Shown piece by piece: positions 37,420-47,368 of a DNA stretch of 64,000 nt. The notes beneath the pieces are model-generated. The model was not told where the DNA came from and searched no databases. It saw only the letters and a list, made by a program, of their open reading frames with translations. The translations under genes were made by a program, and so were the position numbers. The DNA comes from Sulfitobacter sp. (GTDB lineage: Bacteria > Pseudomonadota > Alphaproteobacteria > Rhodobacterales > Rhodobacteraceae). Every line of letters begins with the position of its first letter. Within the stretch, counting starts at the first letter, position 1. Location of the stretch: the NCBI GenBank assembly GCA_051251995.1, contig JBPOFF010000001.1:355190-419189 (forward strand). Reading direction: 5' to 3'.

Positions 37420-38130
37420 TTAACGTAAAACCAAAGGCTGCCGCATCCATGCGCGCAGCGCCGCCGTGGTTTCAGCGGGCTGTTCCAATGTCGGCAGGTG
37501 CCCGGAATCTTCCAGCACAACCAACTCAGCATAGGGGATCAGTTCAGCCATAAACGTATGCCGCTTGACCGGACAAAGCGCATCATGCGCCCCGCATAAC
37601 ACAAGCGTTGGCACCTTACATTTGCGCAGGGTCGCCTGCTGATCCTTGCGGCGCTGCAAAGCACGCGACTGGCGAATGAACACCTCTGGCCCCAATGCCT
37701 CTGCCATATCCATCACCAGATCAAGCACTTCTCCTCGGTACGGGCCGGGGGCCAGATAATTCGGTTTCATCTCGTCGCGCATCACCTCAAGCATCCGGCC
37801 AGAGCGTACTTTGACGATCTGCGGTTCACGGTTTGCAGCGATCACCGGGGTTTCCGCCAGCGGGTTGGTGTCCATCAGTGCGATACGGGTGATCCGATCT
37901 GGTGCACGGCGCAAAAGCTCCATTGCGACAATGCCGCCCATGCTCAGCCCCGCCAATGCAAACCGCTTGGGCAATTGGTCCAGCAGGCTTGATGCGATCT
38001 CTTCAATCCGTTCGCCTTGGGTAATGGGCGCGACCATCACTGCCGTATCAGCAGACAATTCAGCGATCTGCGGGCCAAACAGCCGCGCATCGCACATCAT
38101 GCCGGGCAATAGCACCAAAGGTTCAGCCAC
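37420..38130 (-). CDS. Alpha/beta hydrolase
   Basis: LVLLPGMMCD, GLSMGG, G.HD.LCP, SGHLPTLE; probable GTG start 38130. Confidence 0.9.
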   Translation of the reverse strand: MAEPLVLLPGMMCDARLFGPQIAELSADTAVMVAPITQGERIEEIASSLLDQLPKRFALAGLSMGGIVAMELLRRAPDRITRIALMDTNPLAETPVIAANREPQIVKVRSGRMLEVMRDEMKPNYLAPGPYRGEVLDLVMDMAEALGPEVFIRQSRALQRRKDQQATLRKCKVPTLVLCGAHDALCPVKRHTFMAELIPYAELVVLEDSGHLPTLEQPAETTAALRAWMRQPLVLR

Positions 38131-38205
38131 GATTGCGTACCTTGTTGAATTCAAAGGATTTCATCGCTGCCCTATTTGCCATACCCGCTCTCTCTATATC
38201 ACGCA

Positions 38206-38865
38206 TCAGGCAGGTCGCAATATCGGCTGCGGCAAACGGGGCGCAATTCCGCGAAAGGCTGGAAAATCGGCATATCTATGTGCCCTTTCAGCCTTGGTTT
38301 CACTCGGTTCCGCACCTGCGCGCAGCAACATGCCACGTGGCGCGATATAGCTTGAAATCGTGCGCAGTGGCTTGGGCCGCCAGACCAGATTAAGGGCTGC
38401 GAGTTTGGGAAAAAACCAAATATCTGAATAGGGCAGATGATCGTGCAACCACCATGCCAGATCACGCCAATCGCGGCCCTGATCATACTGATCGGCAAAC
38501 CAGGGGATCACAATGGATGCCCCCGCAATGGCAGCATCGCCATCGCCACGATCCCAGATGTGACATTCGAGGGGGTGATCATTGTGCGCACAATTGAGTT
38601 TGTTTTCATTGCCATAGCGGTTCAGATCAGGTGACCTGTACCCAGATCGCACCGCCACCCGGCCAAAGGTTTCCTCCAACGGGTCCATCAAGGCCTCACA
38701 AAACGCCCTGCCATTTGAGATGGCCAAATCAGGATTCTCCGGCACATTGGGCCGCCCGTGAAACCCCGAAATCTCCGAATACATAAAATCGCGCATGTAG
38801 AAATACTGCGACAACCGCACCCGGCCAAAAGTCTCAAGGCTCCACATGCTGGCCGGTTTGCGCAT
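38206..38865 (-). CDS. Peptidase M15A-like hypothetical protein
   Basis: RVRLSQYF..RDF..S, V.SGYRS..LN, H..D; metal ligands only partly recognisable. Confidence 0.6.
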   Translation of the reverse strand: MRKPASMWSLETFGRVRLSQYFYMRDFMYSEISGFHGRPNVPENPDLAISNGRAFCEALMDPLEETFGRVAVRSGYRSPDLNRYGNENKLNCAHNDHPLECHIWDRGDGDAAIAGASIVIPWFADQYDQGRDWRDLAWWLHDHLPYSDIWFFPKLAALNLVWRPKPLRTISSYIAPRGMLLRAGAEPSETKAERAHRYADFPAFRGIAPRLPQPILRPA

Positions 38866-39293
38866 CAGCTATAGCCATTCCAGCGGAATGCGCCGTCAGG
38901 GCCAAGCGGTGAAAACGGGTTATGCGCCACTTCCCAGATGTGTCCCTCTGGGTCAGAAAAATACCCAATATGCCCCCCCCAAAATACATCAGACGCAGGC
39001 CGCAACACCTTGCCGCCCGCCGCTTCAGCCTTGGCCAACAACGGGGCGACCTGATCTTTTTCAGGTACGTTATAGCCATAAGTCGCGGCACCGTGGCCAA
39101 GTGTGCCAACATCCACGCCGATATCCTCTGCTAGTTTTTCAAGCGGATAGATCCCCAAAGTCTGGCCAATCAGATCATAGGCAATAACCCCATCTGGGCT
39201 TTCTTCACGAGTCCAGCCAAGGGCATCATAAAAAGCAGCCAGTTTAATCGGATCGCGCGCGCCCAGCGTGATCAATGAAATACGTTGTTGCAT
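38865..39293 (-). CDS. VOC family protein
   Basis: ISLITLG..D......FY.ALGW, FWGG..GYF.DPEGH.WEVAHNP. Confidence 0.92.
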   Translation of the reverse strand: MQQRISLITLGARDPIKLAAFYDALGWTREESPDGVIAYDLIGQTLGIYPLEKLAEDIGVDVGTLGHGAATYGYNVPEKDQVAPLLAKAEAAGGKVLRPASDVFWGGHIGYFSDPEGHIWEVAHNPFSPLGPDGAFRWNGYS

Positions 39294-39306
39294 TTATTCA
39301 CTTTCT

Positions 39307-40059
39307 TCAATGTGTTACGCTACTAACTTCAACCACTGCATTAAGAATGAGATCAAGACATGGACCATCCGAAAACCGATGATCCGCATCTTTCACCAGT
39401 TGCAATTGCATGTCTGGCCCGCTTGCGTGCTCCAACAGCCGAACTGCCGTTGCCACGCTGACCGCCGTGTCCGCTGTGCCTTGCAAGAACCGTACTGGGA
39501 AGGACAACTGTAACGGATCGCGCAGCACCGATTGCTGGCGACCATCCTCAATCATCCGGCGGGTGATGATATAGGGTTCCATATAATCCGATGGCAATTC
39601 GACCTGCCCTGCGTCTGCCAAGGTCTGCTTTTGCGCTTCGGTGAAATTCGCCCAATAGCCATCCTCTGTGAAATCCGGGGCCGCCGCGATGGTGACCAAT
39701 CCGGCAATCCGTTCCGGCTGTGCCCGTGCCAATAACAAGGCCTGCCAGCCCCCCATCGACGACCCCACAGGCACAATCGGCCCGTCCGTCAATGCGGCAA
39801 CCGCCGCCGCCGTATCTTCGGCCCAATCGCCAATGCAGCCATCGGTGAACACCCCTGAGGATTCCCCATGCCCGGAATAATCAAACCGCAAGAACGCCCG
39901 GCCCTCGCGCCGCGCCCAGTCTTCCAAAAACACCGCCTTGGTGCCCATCATGTCGGACTTTAGCCCGCCCAGAAAAACGATCCACGGACCATGCCCCGGC
40001 GTACGATGATAGGCGATCCGCCTGCCCGACGCTGTTTCTAGAAATTCGGTATCGCTCAT
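39307..40059 (-). CDS. Alpha/beta hydrolase
   Basis: FLGGLKSDM.GTKA, GSSMGG, GTAD, DHRFS. Confidence 0.92.
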   Translation of the reverse strand: MSDTEFLETASGRRIAYHRTPGHGPWIVFLGGLKSDMMGTKAVFLEDWARREGRAFLRFDYSGHGESSGVFTDGCIGDWAEDTAAAVAALTDGPIVPVGSSMGGWQALLLARAQPERIAGLVTIAAAPDFTEDGYWANFTEAQKQTLADAGQVELPSDYMEPYIITRRMIEDGRQQSVLRDPLQLSFPVRFLQGTADTAVSVATAVRLLEHASGPDMQLQLVKDADHRFSDGPCLDLILNAVVEVSSVTH

Positions 40060-40124
40060 CTCTGCTCCCTTACGCTTGGCCAGATCATGCGCGGGGTCTG
40101 ACCCAAGGGCAACCAGATGATTTT

Positions 40125-40160
40125 AGGTGACCCTATTGTCACGTGACTATTTAATCACCT
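40125..40160. promoter_or_regulatory. Tandem palindromic operator upstream of the ArsR-SRPBCC gene
   Basis: GTGAC-N6-GTCAC (40127-40142) immediately followed by GTGAC-N6-ATCAC (40143-40158), framed by AGGTGA...TCACCT. Confidence 0.7.
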
Positions 40161-40172
40161 ATAAGCGATTCT

Positions 40173-40919
40173 ATGGATAGCATTTTCAAAGCTCTTGCCG
40201 ATCCGGCCCGCCGCACCCTGTTGGACGCCTTGCGCCAACGTGACGGGCAGACCTTGCAAGACCTGACAGAGCTGCTGGAAATGACCCGCTTTGGCGTGAT
40301 GAAGCACTTAGGCGTGCTTGAGAACGCCGGGCTGGTGGTGACCAAGAAACAGGGGCGGTTCAAATTTCATTACCTGAACGCCGTCCCCCTGCAACAAACC
40401 ATAGATCGCTGGATTGAGCCGATGCTTAGTAAACCAGCGGCGCGAGCGGTGTTGACCCTAAAAGCAACCCTCGAAAGGAACGACGATATGACCAAACCTG
40501 ATTTCATCATGCAGACATTCATCCGCTGCACCCAAGACGCACTTTGGGATGCGCTGAGCAATCCTGACAGCATGGCCGCCTATCATTTCATGTGCGAACG
40601 CGTCGAAGGTGACGCAAAAGTTGGCGGCGAATTGACCTGGATTTTACCCGATGGCAACAAGATGCTGTCGCAACGCCCGACCAAAGTGACCCCAAAGACC
40701 CGGATAGAAGCAACATTTGAGCCCCATTTTTTCGGGCCAGACGCGCCCGGATCGCACATGGCGTTTATCATTGAGCCCCAAGGCCCGAACTGCAAACTCA
40801 CCATCGAACATTACGACATCCCCGCAGGTCAAGAAGGCGTCTCGGAAGGATGGGCACGGCTTGCGGCATCGCTCAAGTCTTGGCTTGAGACCGGAACAGC
40901 CATGAAAACGGCGATGTAA
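40173..40919 (+). CDS. ArsR/SmtB regulator fused to an SRPBCC (START/AHSA1) domain
   Basis: FKALADP.RR.LLD.L, TRFGVMKHL.VLE.AGLV; C-terminal TFIR.T...LW.AL..P...GW.R....LKS.LETG. Confidence 0.9.
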   Translation: MDSIFKALADPARRTLLDALRQRDGQTLQDLTELLEMTRFGVMKHLGVLENAGLVVTKKQGRFKFHYLNAVPLQQTIDRWIEPMLSKPAARAVLTLKATLERNDDMTKPDFIMQTFIRCTQDALWDALSNPDSMAAYHFMCERVEGDAKVGGELTWILPDGNKMLSQRPTKVTPKTRIEATFEPHFFGPDAPGSHMAFIIEPQGPNCKLTIEHYDIPAGQEGVSEGWARLAASLKSWLETGTAMKTAM

Positions 40920-40940
40920 GCAAATAGAAAGAACAGATTG

Positions 40941-41351
40941 ATGACACCTGAACTCACAACCGAACTGGGCATTTTAACCTGCCTATGCGTGCTCGCGGCA
41001 TCGCTTTGGATTCCCTACATTATTGGGGTCTCAAAAGAGCCATCCGCCGCCGATAACTTCACCCGGCCCAGCGATTTATCCAAAGTACGGCCTTGGGTGC
41101 ACCGCGCCCACCGTGCGCATCTGAACCTGCTAGAGCAACTTTTGCCCTTCGCCATTCTGGTGCTGATCATGGACCGGGTTGATGGCTATTCCGCGCTGAC
41201 CTTCTGGACCGCAATCACGTTCTTTTGGATACGTGTCGCCCACGCCATTGGCATGATCAGCGGATTTGCCAAGATGCCGCTGCGTCCGATCCTGTTCAAT
41301 GCGGGCTGGCTGTGCTGCCTGATCATGGCCTATGCGGTTTGGTCGGCCTGA
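40941..41351 (+). CDS. MAPEG family membrane protein
   Basis: W..RA.RAH.NLLE.L.PFA, R..HA. Confidence 0.88.
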   Translation: MTPELTTELGILTCLCVLAASLWIPYIIGVSKEPSAADNFTRPSDLSKVRPWVHRAHRAHLNLLEQLLPFAILVLIMDRVDGYSALTFWTAITFFWIRVAHAIGMISGFAKMPLRPILFNAGWLCCLIMAYAVWSA

Positions 41352-41488
41352 AAACCACTTTTGTCGAACAATGGCGCGGCGCTCCTTGCTGCGCCATTGA
41401 CAACATCATCCCTCGCGGCCAAATACCCCAAACACATAACCCGCAACCGGGCGTCTCGTAGGCGCCAAACCGACGAGGAGTGCCGCAC

Positions 41489-43435
41489 ATGGCCCAAGTC
41501 TCCCTTACCCTTCCCGATGGCAATATACGGTCTTATGAGGCCGGGATCACCGCTGGTGAAGTTGCCAATGACATCTCCAAATCTTTGGGCAAAAAGGCAA
41601 TCAGCGCCACCGTAAACGGCGCGCACTTTGATCTGGCTTGGCCGATTGAAGGTGATGCCGACATCGCCATTCACACCATGGCGGATGAAGACCAAGCCAA
41701 TGAACTGGTGCGTCACGATCTGGCGCATATCATGGCCCGCGCAGTGCAAGAAATTTGGCCTGACACACGCGTTACCATCGGCCCGGTGATCAAAGACGGC
41801 TGGTATTATGACTTTGACCGCGCTGAATCCTTCACCCCCGAAGACCTTGGGCTGATCGAGAAAAAGATGAAGGAAATCATCAACAAACGTGATGCCGTGC
41901 GTACCGAGGTTTGGGACCGCGCCCGCGCGATCAAGCATTACGAGGACTTGGGCGAGGCCTATAAAGTTGAATTGATCGACGCGATCCCCGGGGATGAACC
42001 CCTGCGCATGTATTGGCATGGTGACTGGCAGGATCTGTGCCGTGGTCCGCACTTGCAACACACCGGGCAAGTACCTGGTGACGCGTTCAAATTGATGTCG
42101 ATTGCCGGTGCCTATTGGCGCGGCGACAGCGACCGCGCCATGTTGCAACGCATCTACGGCGTGGCCTTTACCGGCAAGGAAAAGTTGCGCGCGCATTTGA
42201 ACATGCTTGAAGAAGCCGCCAAACGCGACCACCGCAAGCTGGGCCGCGAGATGGACCTGTTCCACATGCAAGAAGAAGCGCCCGGTCAAGTTTTTTGGCA
42301 TGCAAACGGCTGGTCAATCTACACCACTTTGCAAGATTACATGCGCCGCAAACAACGCGCTGCGGGGTATGTTGAAGTGAACACACCTCAGGTTGTGGAC
42401 CGCAAACTGTGGGAAGCATCCGGTCATTGGGACAAGTACCAAGAACATATGTTCATCGTTGAGGTTGACGAAGACCACGCCCGTGAAAAATCAATCAACG
42501 CCCTGAAACCAATGAACTGCCCCTGCCATGTGCAGATTTTCAACCAAGGTATGAAATCTTACCGTGATCTGCCGTTGCGCATGGCCGAATTTGGATCGTG
42601 CAACCGCTATGAACCATCGGGCGCGTTGCACGGCATCATGCGGGTGCGTGGCTTTACGCAAGATGATGGGCATATTTTCTGCCGTGAAAATCAGATCGAA
42701 GCGGAATGTGCTGCATTCATCGACTATCTTTCCTCCGTTTACAAAGATCTCGGGTTTGAAAAGTTTGAGATCATGTTCGCCACCCGTCCCGACAAGCGTG
42801 TGGGGTCGGAAGAAAGCTGGGATCATGTCGAAAATGCGCTCGAAAGTGCGATCAAGTCAGCGGGTCATCCCTATACTTTGGACGCAGGCGAAGGTGCGTT
42901 CTATGGGCCAAAGCTCGATTTCAAACTGACCGACGCGATTGGCCGCGAATGGCAATGTGGCACGTTTCAAGTTGACCCCAACCTGCCAGAGCGGTTGGGC
43001 GCGCAATTTGTAGGCGAGGATGGGGCCAAACATCGCCCCTATATGTTGCATCGTGCCTGTCTGGGCTCTTTTGAGCGGTTCATCGGTATCCTGATCGAAA
43101 ACTCGGCAGGTAAACTGCCGTTCTGGCTGGCCCCGCGTCAGGTTGTTGTGGCCTCTATCACCTCTGAGGCCGACGATTACGTCTCGGAAGTGGTTGAAAC
43201 CCTGCGCGCAGCTGGTGTGCGGGTCGAGGCCGACATCCGCAACGAAAAGATCAATTATAAGGTGCGCGAACATTCTGTTGGCAAGGTGCCAGTGATCTTA
43301 GCCGTCGGCGCGCGGGAGGTTGAGGAAAAAACCGTCTCTGTCCGTCGTTTGGGTGAAAAACAAACCTCCGTTCAGGCGCTGGCTGATGTGGTCACCGCAT
43401 TGAAACTTGAGGCGACCCCACCTGATCTGCGCTGA
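41489..43435 (+). CDS. thrS: Threonine-tRNA ligase
   Basis: TGS domain, [45 protein letters not shown]. Confidence 0.99.
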   Translation: MAQVSLTLPDGNIRSYEAGITAGEVANDISKSLGKKAISATVNGAHFDLAWPIEGDADIAIHTMADEDQANELVRHDLAHIMARAVQEIWPDTRVTIGPVIKDGWYYDFDRAESFTPEDLGLIEKKMKEIINKRDAVRTEVWDRARAIKHYEDLGEAYKVELIDAIPGDEPLRMYWHGDWQDLCRGPHLQHTGQVPGDAFKLMSIAGAYWRGDSDRAMLQRIYGVAFTGKEKLRAHLNMLEEAAKRDHRKLGREMDLFHMQEEAPGQVFWHANGWSIYTTLQDYMRRKQRAAGYVEVNTPQVVDRKLWEASGHWDKYQEHMFIVEVDEDHAREKSINALKPMNCPCHVQIFNQGMKSYRDLPLRMAEFGSCNRYEPSGALHGIMRVRGFTQDDGHIFCRENQIEAECAAFIDYLSSVYKDLGFEKFEIMFATRPDKRVGSEESWDHVENALESAIKSAGHPYTLDAGEGAFYGPKLDFKLTDAIGREWQCGTFQVDPNLPERLGAQFVGEDGAKHRPYMLHRACLGSFERFIGILIENSAGKLPFWLAPRQVVVASITSEADDYVSEVVETLRAAGVRVEADIRNEKINYKVREHSVGKVPVILAVGAREVEEKTVSVRRLGEKQTSVQALADVVTALKLEATPPDLR

Positions 43436-43459
43436 TTGGGTTTGTAACAATTCTCACGG

Positions 43460-43485
43460 GGGCGGCCAATGTGCCGCCCTTTTTT
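43460..43485 (+). terminator. thrS intrinsic terminator
   Basis: GGGCGGC-CAATGT-GCCGCCC-TTTTTT. Confidence 0.85.
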
Positions 43486-43658
43486 GTGCATTGTAACAAT
43501 AGATCACGGATTTCGCCGTCTATATTTCGAGATTCAGCGCTAAAACGCTCAATTTCTGACGGGATCGTGAAACACCTGCTCGTGAATGGTGTTAACGGAC
43601 CTGTAATGCTTTATATATCTCATCAGACTTGATGCAGACCAACCAAAGGATATGAAAT

Positions 43659-43964
43659 ATGTCTACCACTCTTAAATCTTTTGCAATCGCTGGTGCAGTG
43701 GCCGCAGCCATGACAGCGCAGACCACCACAACCGCCGAAGCAGCCTCAAAAGAGAAGTGCTATGGCGTGTCTCTTGCAGGCGCAAACGATTGCGCCGCGG
43801 GTCCCGGCACCACATGTGCAGGTACGTCTGTGACTGACTATCAGGGCAACGCATGGACACTGGTTGATGCAGGCACTTGCGCCGAAATCGACCTGCCAAA
43901 AATGGCGGACGGTACTGAGCGTACTGGTTCGCTGGAAGCGCTGGACCGTGATCTGCCGGCATAA
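43659..43964 (+). CDS. bufA: Bufferin-type RiPP precursor (DUF2282, BufA1-like)
   Basis: Sec signal, then EKCYGV..AG.NDC....[18 protein letters not shown] with four Cys. Confidence 0.9.
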   Translation: MSTTLKSFAIAGAVAAAMTAQTTTTAEAASKEKCYGVSLAGANDCAAGPGTTCAGTSVTDYQGNAWTLVDAGTCAEIDLPKMADGTERTGSLEALDRDLPA

Positions 43965-43987
43965 ACGCAAGCACAGAAACATCAGCT

Positions 43988-44007
43988 TTGGGCGGTGCGC
44001 TGCCCAA
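43988..44007 (+). other. Stem-loop after the precursor gene (possible differential mRNA stability element)
   Basis: TTGGGCGG-TGCG-CTGCCCAA. Confidence 0.5.
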
Positions 44008-44045
44008 GGCCAAATCCTAAGCTCGCAAAGACCGGAGGGCATCCG

Positions 44046-44894
44046 ATGCGCGACAATCCCCCCCGCTTTGACACCCTGCCAAACACCCCCGGCGTTGGCT
44101 ATAAACCTCAACATTTCACCCAATTGCTTGCCGACCCCGGACCCGTTGAGTGGATCGAGGTGCATGCGGAAAACTATATGGGCGACGGTGGACGCCCCTT
44201 GGCGCAACTGCGCGCCCTGTCGGAACGATTGGCCATATCCGTACATGGTGTAGGCCTGTCCATTGGCGGCGAAACCCCTCTTGACCGTGACCATCTTGCC
44301 CGCCTCAAACGCTTGTGCGATTGGATCAACCCCGCCAGTTTCTCCGAACATTTAGCATGGTCTACCCATGGCTCCGAGTTTCTGAACGACCTGCTGCCCC
44401 TGCCCTATACCGAACAGACCCTATCGCGGGTTGCAGACCATATTGACCAAGTCCAGCAGACGCTGGGACGGCAAATGTTGCTTGAAAATCCGTCAAGCTA
44501 TCTTGTTTTTGCTGAATCTACCTTGTCTGAAACCGACTTTTTGCAACAGCTTATCCACCGAACAGGCTGCGCACTCTTGCTGGATGTCAATAATGTGTTT
44601 ATTTCATCCACAAATCTGGGCCTCAGCCCGCAGGATTACATCGACGCCTACCCAATAGACGACGTCCGCGAAATACACGTCGGCGGTCACGACACTGACC
44701 AAGACGATGCAGGCGCACCTTTGTTAATCGACAGCCATGGCAAACCTGTGGTCGATCCGGTTTGGGACTTGCTTGACTATACATTGGCCCAAACAGGCCC
44801 ACAGCCTGTTTTGGTTGAATGGGACAATGATGTCCCCGATTGGCCAGTTCTACGTGCAGAGGCGGACCGTGCGGCGGTGGCCTTAGCGCTATGA
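44046..44894 (+). CDS. bufB: DUF692 multinuclear non-heme iron oxidase (MNIO, BufB-like)
   Basis: [60 protein letters not shown]; start MRDNPP at 44046. Confidence 0.95.
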   Translation: MRDNPPRFDTLPNTPGVGYKPQHFTQLLADPGPVEWIEVHAENYMGDGGRPLAQLRALSERLAISVHGVGLSIGGETPLDRDHLARLKRLCDWINPASFSEHLAWSTHGSEFLNDLLPLPYTEQTLSRVADHIDQVQQTLGRQMLLENPSSYLVFAESTLSETDFLQQLIHRTGCALLLDVNNVFISSTNLGLSPQDYIDAYPIDDVREIHVGGHDTDQDDAGAPLLIDSHGKPVVDPVWDLLDYTLAQTGPQPVLVEWDNDVPDWPVLRAEADRAAVALAL

Positions 44895-45652
44895 CCACGC
44901 AATCTGAATTTCGTGCCGCCCTTTTAGACGCTGGCCAACCTGTTCCCGAGGGATTGTTGGACGGGGGAAATGCCCCCGCTGGACGGCGCTATGCGGTTTA
45001 TCGCAACAACGTGACCGTGTCATTGATTGAAGCGATGAAAACTGCCTTTCCCTTGGTCCGCAAACTGATTGGGACCGCAAATTTCGACGCACTTGTGCCG
45101 ATGTACATCCGTGCCCATCCCCCCTCATCACCACTGATGATGTTCTATGGTGCTGAATTCCCCGAATTTATTGCAGGCTTTGGGCCGCTCTCCCACATCG
45201 GCTATCTGGCTGATGCTGCGCGTTTCGATTTGGCCATGCGCAGGTCCTACCACGCCGCGGACGCCGCCCCGTTTGACCCATCCCGTTTGCAAGCAATGGA
45301 CGAAGACGCGTTGATGCAGGTCACTTTCTCTCTTGCACCTGCAACGCAGATCATCCGATCAAGCTGGCCGCTATATGATATCTGGCGTTTCAACTTCGTA
45401 AAAGGTGCACCCAAGCCAAGCGCAACAGCCCAAGATGTCTTGATCACCCGGCCCGAGTTTGACCCAGAACCACATCTACTGCCCAAGGGTGCCGCCGAAT
45501 GGCTGGAGCAACTGAATAACGGTCAGACGTTTGCAACCGCAATAGACGCGGCCACAACAAGCGCGCCAAATTTTGATCTCAGTGCCAGCCTGACCCTTGC
45601 CCTAACCACGAACACATTTTCGGATTTGATCCCCTTGAAGGAAAATACATGA
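44891..45652 (+). CDS. bufC: DUF2063 partner protein (BufC-like)
   Basis: [13 protein letters not shown]....FP...KLIG...F; ATGA overlap with the DUF692 gene. Confidence 0.9.
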   Translation: MTTQSEFRAALLDAGQPVPEGLLDGGNAPAGRRYAVYRNNVTVSLIEAMKTAFPLVRKLIGTANFDALVPMYIRAHPPSSPLMMFYGAEFPEFIAGFGPLSHIGYLADAARFDLAMRRSYHAADAAPFDPSRLQAMDEDALMQVTFSLAPATQIIRSSWPLYDIWRFNFVKGAPKPSATAQDVLITRPEFDPEPHLLPKGAAEWLEQLNNGQTFATAIDAATTSAPNFDLSASLTLALTTNTFSDLIPLKENT

Positions 45653-46200
45653 CTGCCCTCATATCGCTTTACTCGACCCTAGCTCATCGTTTGGCCGCTG
45701 CGGACTGGTTGATCCCAACCTTGGCGCGCTTTGTGTTTGCAGCCGTGTTGCTGGTCTATTTCCTGAATTCCGGTATGACCAAACTGGGCGACGGCATTTC
45801 CGGCCTCTGGACCCCATCCGCTGGCGCATATGCACAAATTTTCCCAAAGGCGTTTGAGGCCGTTGGTTATGACAGCGACGCGTTGTCGATCTTTCACCGT
45901 TTGGTTGTTGTGGCCGGCACGTTGGCTGAATTCATTCTGCCCACATTGATTGTGCTTGGGTTCCTCACCCGTCTTGCCGCATTGGGCATGGTCGGGTTTG
46001 TCATTGTGCAATCGCTGACAGATATTTACGGCCACGGCCAGGCAAGCGCGTTGGGGGCTTGGTTTGATAGGTTCGCAGATGCACCCATTTTAGATCAACG
46101 CGCTTTTTGGGTGTTTGTGCTTGCTGTCTTAGTGATCAAGGGGGCCGGACCACTCTCCTTTGATCGGGCTCTTCAGCCGCGAGTTGCTGCGTCTAGATAA
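45649..46200 (+). CDS. bufD: DoxX family membrane protein (BufD-like)
   Basis: LAR......YF..SG..K, E.ILP.L...G..TRLAALG, GAG.LS.D. Confidence 0.88.
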   Translation: MTALISLYSTLAHRLAAADWLIPTLARFVFAAVLLVYFLNSGMTKLGDGISGLWTPSAGAYAQIFPKAFEAVGYDSDALSIFHRLVVVAGTLAEFILPTLIVLGFLTRLAALGMVGFVIVQSLTDIYGHGQASALGAWFDRFADAPILDQRAFWVFVLAVLVIKGAGPLSFDRALQPRVAASR

Positions 46201-46217
46201 AATTGGGAAACAAGCTT

Positions 46218-46250
46218 AGCTGAAGTTAAAGCAATGCATTAACTTCAGCT
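46218..46250. terminator. Long inverted repeat between convergent doxX and arsC-like genes
   Basis: AGCTGAAGTTAA (46218-46229) / TTAACTTCAGCT (46239-46250), overlapping the arsC-like stop. Confidence 0.65.
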
Positions 46251-46546
46251 TCTATCTCTTTACTCCAAGACAGAAAAAGGTGATTATCTACCGCAATAAG
46301 TGGACGTTTCATCAATGCTGGATACTCCAGAATAAGCGCCCGTGGATCTCGTTGCCGATCCGCCTCGTCTAGCCCGCGCCATGTGGTTGATCGGGTGTTT
46401 AGCAATGCCGCCCCAAACTGGGTTAATGCGCGATCCAATATATCTTCAGGCAAACCAGTCTCGCGCACGTCAATCAACTGTGCAGACGACAAAGCCTTGA
46501 GCGCCTTGCGGCAGGTGTCGCAATTTTTCAAACCATAAATCTTCAT
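46226..46546 (-). CDS. ArsC/Spx (YffB-like) family protein
   Basis: MKIYGLKNCDTCRKA, LLN.RSTTWR, P.LMKRP; start 46546. Confidence 0.9.
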   Translation of the reverse strand: MKIYGLKNCDTCRKALKALSSAQLIDVRETGLPEDILDRALTQFGAALLNTRSTTWRGLDEADRQRDPRALILEYPALMKRPLIAVDNHLFLSWSKEIEAEVNALL

Positions 46547-46732
46547 AAATTCTGCCTCATTTTTCATCGCCACCAGTCGAGAACCCTACTGTTCTCAAAC
46601 GACTTTGACGCTTTCCCTTGATTTTTCAACCAACCGAACAATCTTTTCTCTTATGGTCTGTTAACCATTTTACGATGGTGCGGGCCACCCTGCATATGCA
46701 GGCAAGTGAAAGACAACGGAAAGGGCAAAAGC

Positions 46733-46939
46733 ATGCCAACAGGTACCGTAAAGTGGTTCAACACAACAAAGGGATACGGCTTTATCGCGCCAGAGGGTGG
46801 CGGCAAGGACGTGTTTGTCCATATTTCAGCCGTAGAAAGGTCTGGCTTGACCGGTCTGGCAGACGATCAAAAAGTCAGTTTTGAAATGATAGAGGGGCGC
46901 GATGGACGCGACATGGCCTCGGACATTGCTCTGCTCTGA
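46733..46939 (+). CDS. Cold-shock domain protein
   Basis: GTVKWFN..KGYGFI, DVFVHISA; start MPTG at 46733. Confidence 0.97.
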   Translation: MPTGTVKWFNTTKGYGFIAPEGGGKDVFVHISAVERSGLTGLADDQKVSFEMIEGRDGRDMASDIALL

Positions 46940-46979
46940 TGCCATAGCCCCACTGTGGACGAGTCGCAAATGGGCCGGA

Positions 46980-47279
46980 TCAATCGTAGTTGCAGCCCTT
47001 GGTCCCAACCGGACAATGCGCCCGCGCTGACCGCACATAGCGCCTCTTCACCACCCGGTGACGTTTGACCGGGGCTGCCTTGGCCTGCTGATAGCTGACG
47101 GATTGGTTCGGTGTACCACAGCAGATCACCCCGGAAATTGAGATCGGCTGCATACCAGCAGGGCAGTAATTTGAACTGGCCTGATAGGGGTAAATGTTCA
47201 CCTCGGCGGCGACCTGACCCGGCAACACTACCGCCATCATCAGGCTGGCCCCGGTCAATATTGCTGTTGGTAGACGCAT
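46980..47279 (-). CDS. Small exported Cys-rich hypothetical protein
   Basis: Signal peptide ending VAA|E; YCPAG, VICCG, basic linker, C-terminal CPVGTKGC. Confidence 0.75.
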   Translation of the reverse strand: MRLPTAILTGASLMMAVVLPGQVAAEVNIYPYQASSNYCPAGMQPISISGVICCGTPNQSVSYQQAKAAPVKRHRVVKRRYVRSARAHCPVGTKGCNYD

Positions 47280-47368
47280 ATGATCCCTCGTTCACTATTT
47301 GAGTTTACCGTTTCTTAGTCGCAACTGTGCAGGGTGGTCAGGATCAAGTCCAGTGGTTTTTGGCGCTT

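Noticed and set aside
41330-42301. 323-aa minus-strand ORF
   Set aside because: Antisense shadow of thrS; no RBS or recognisable domain.
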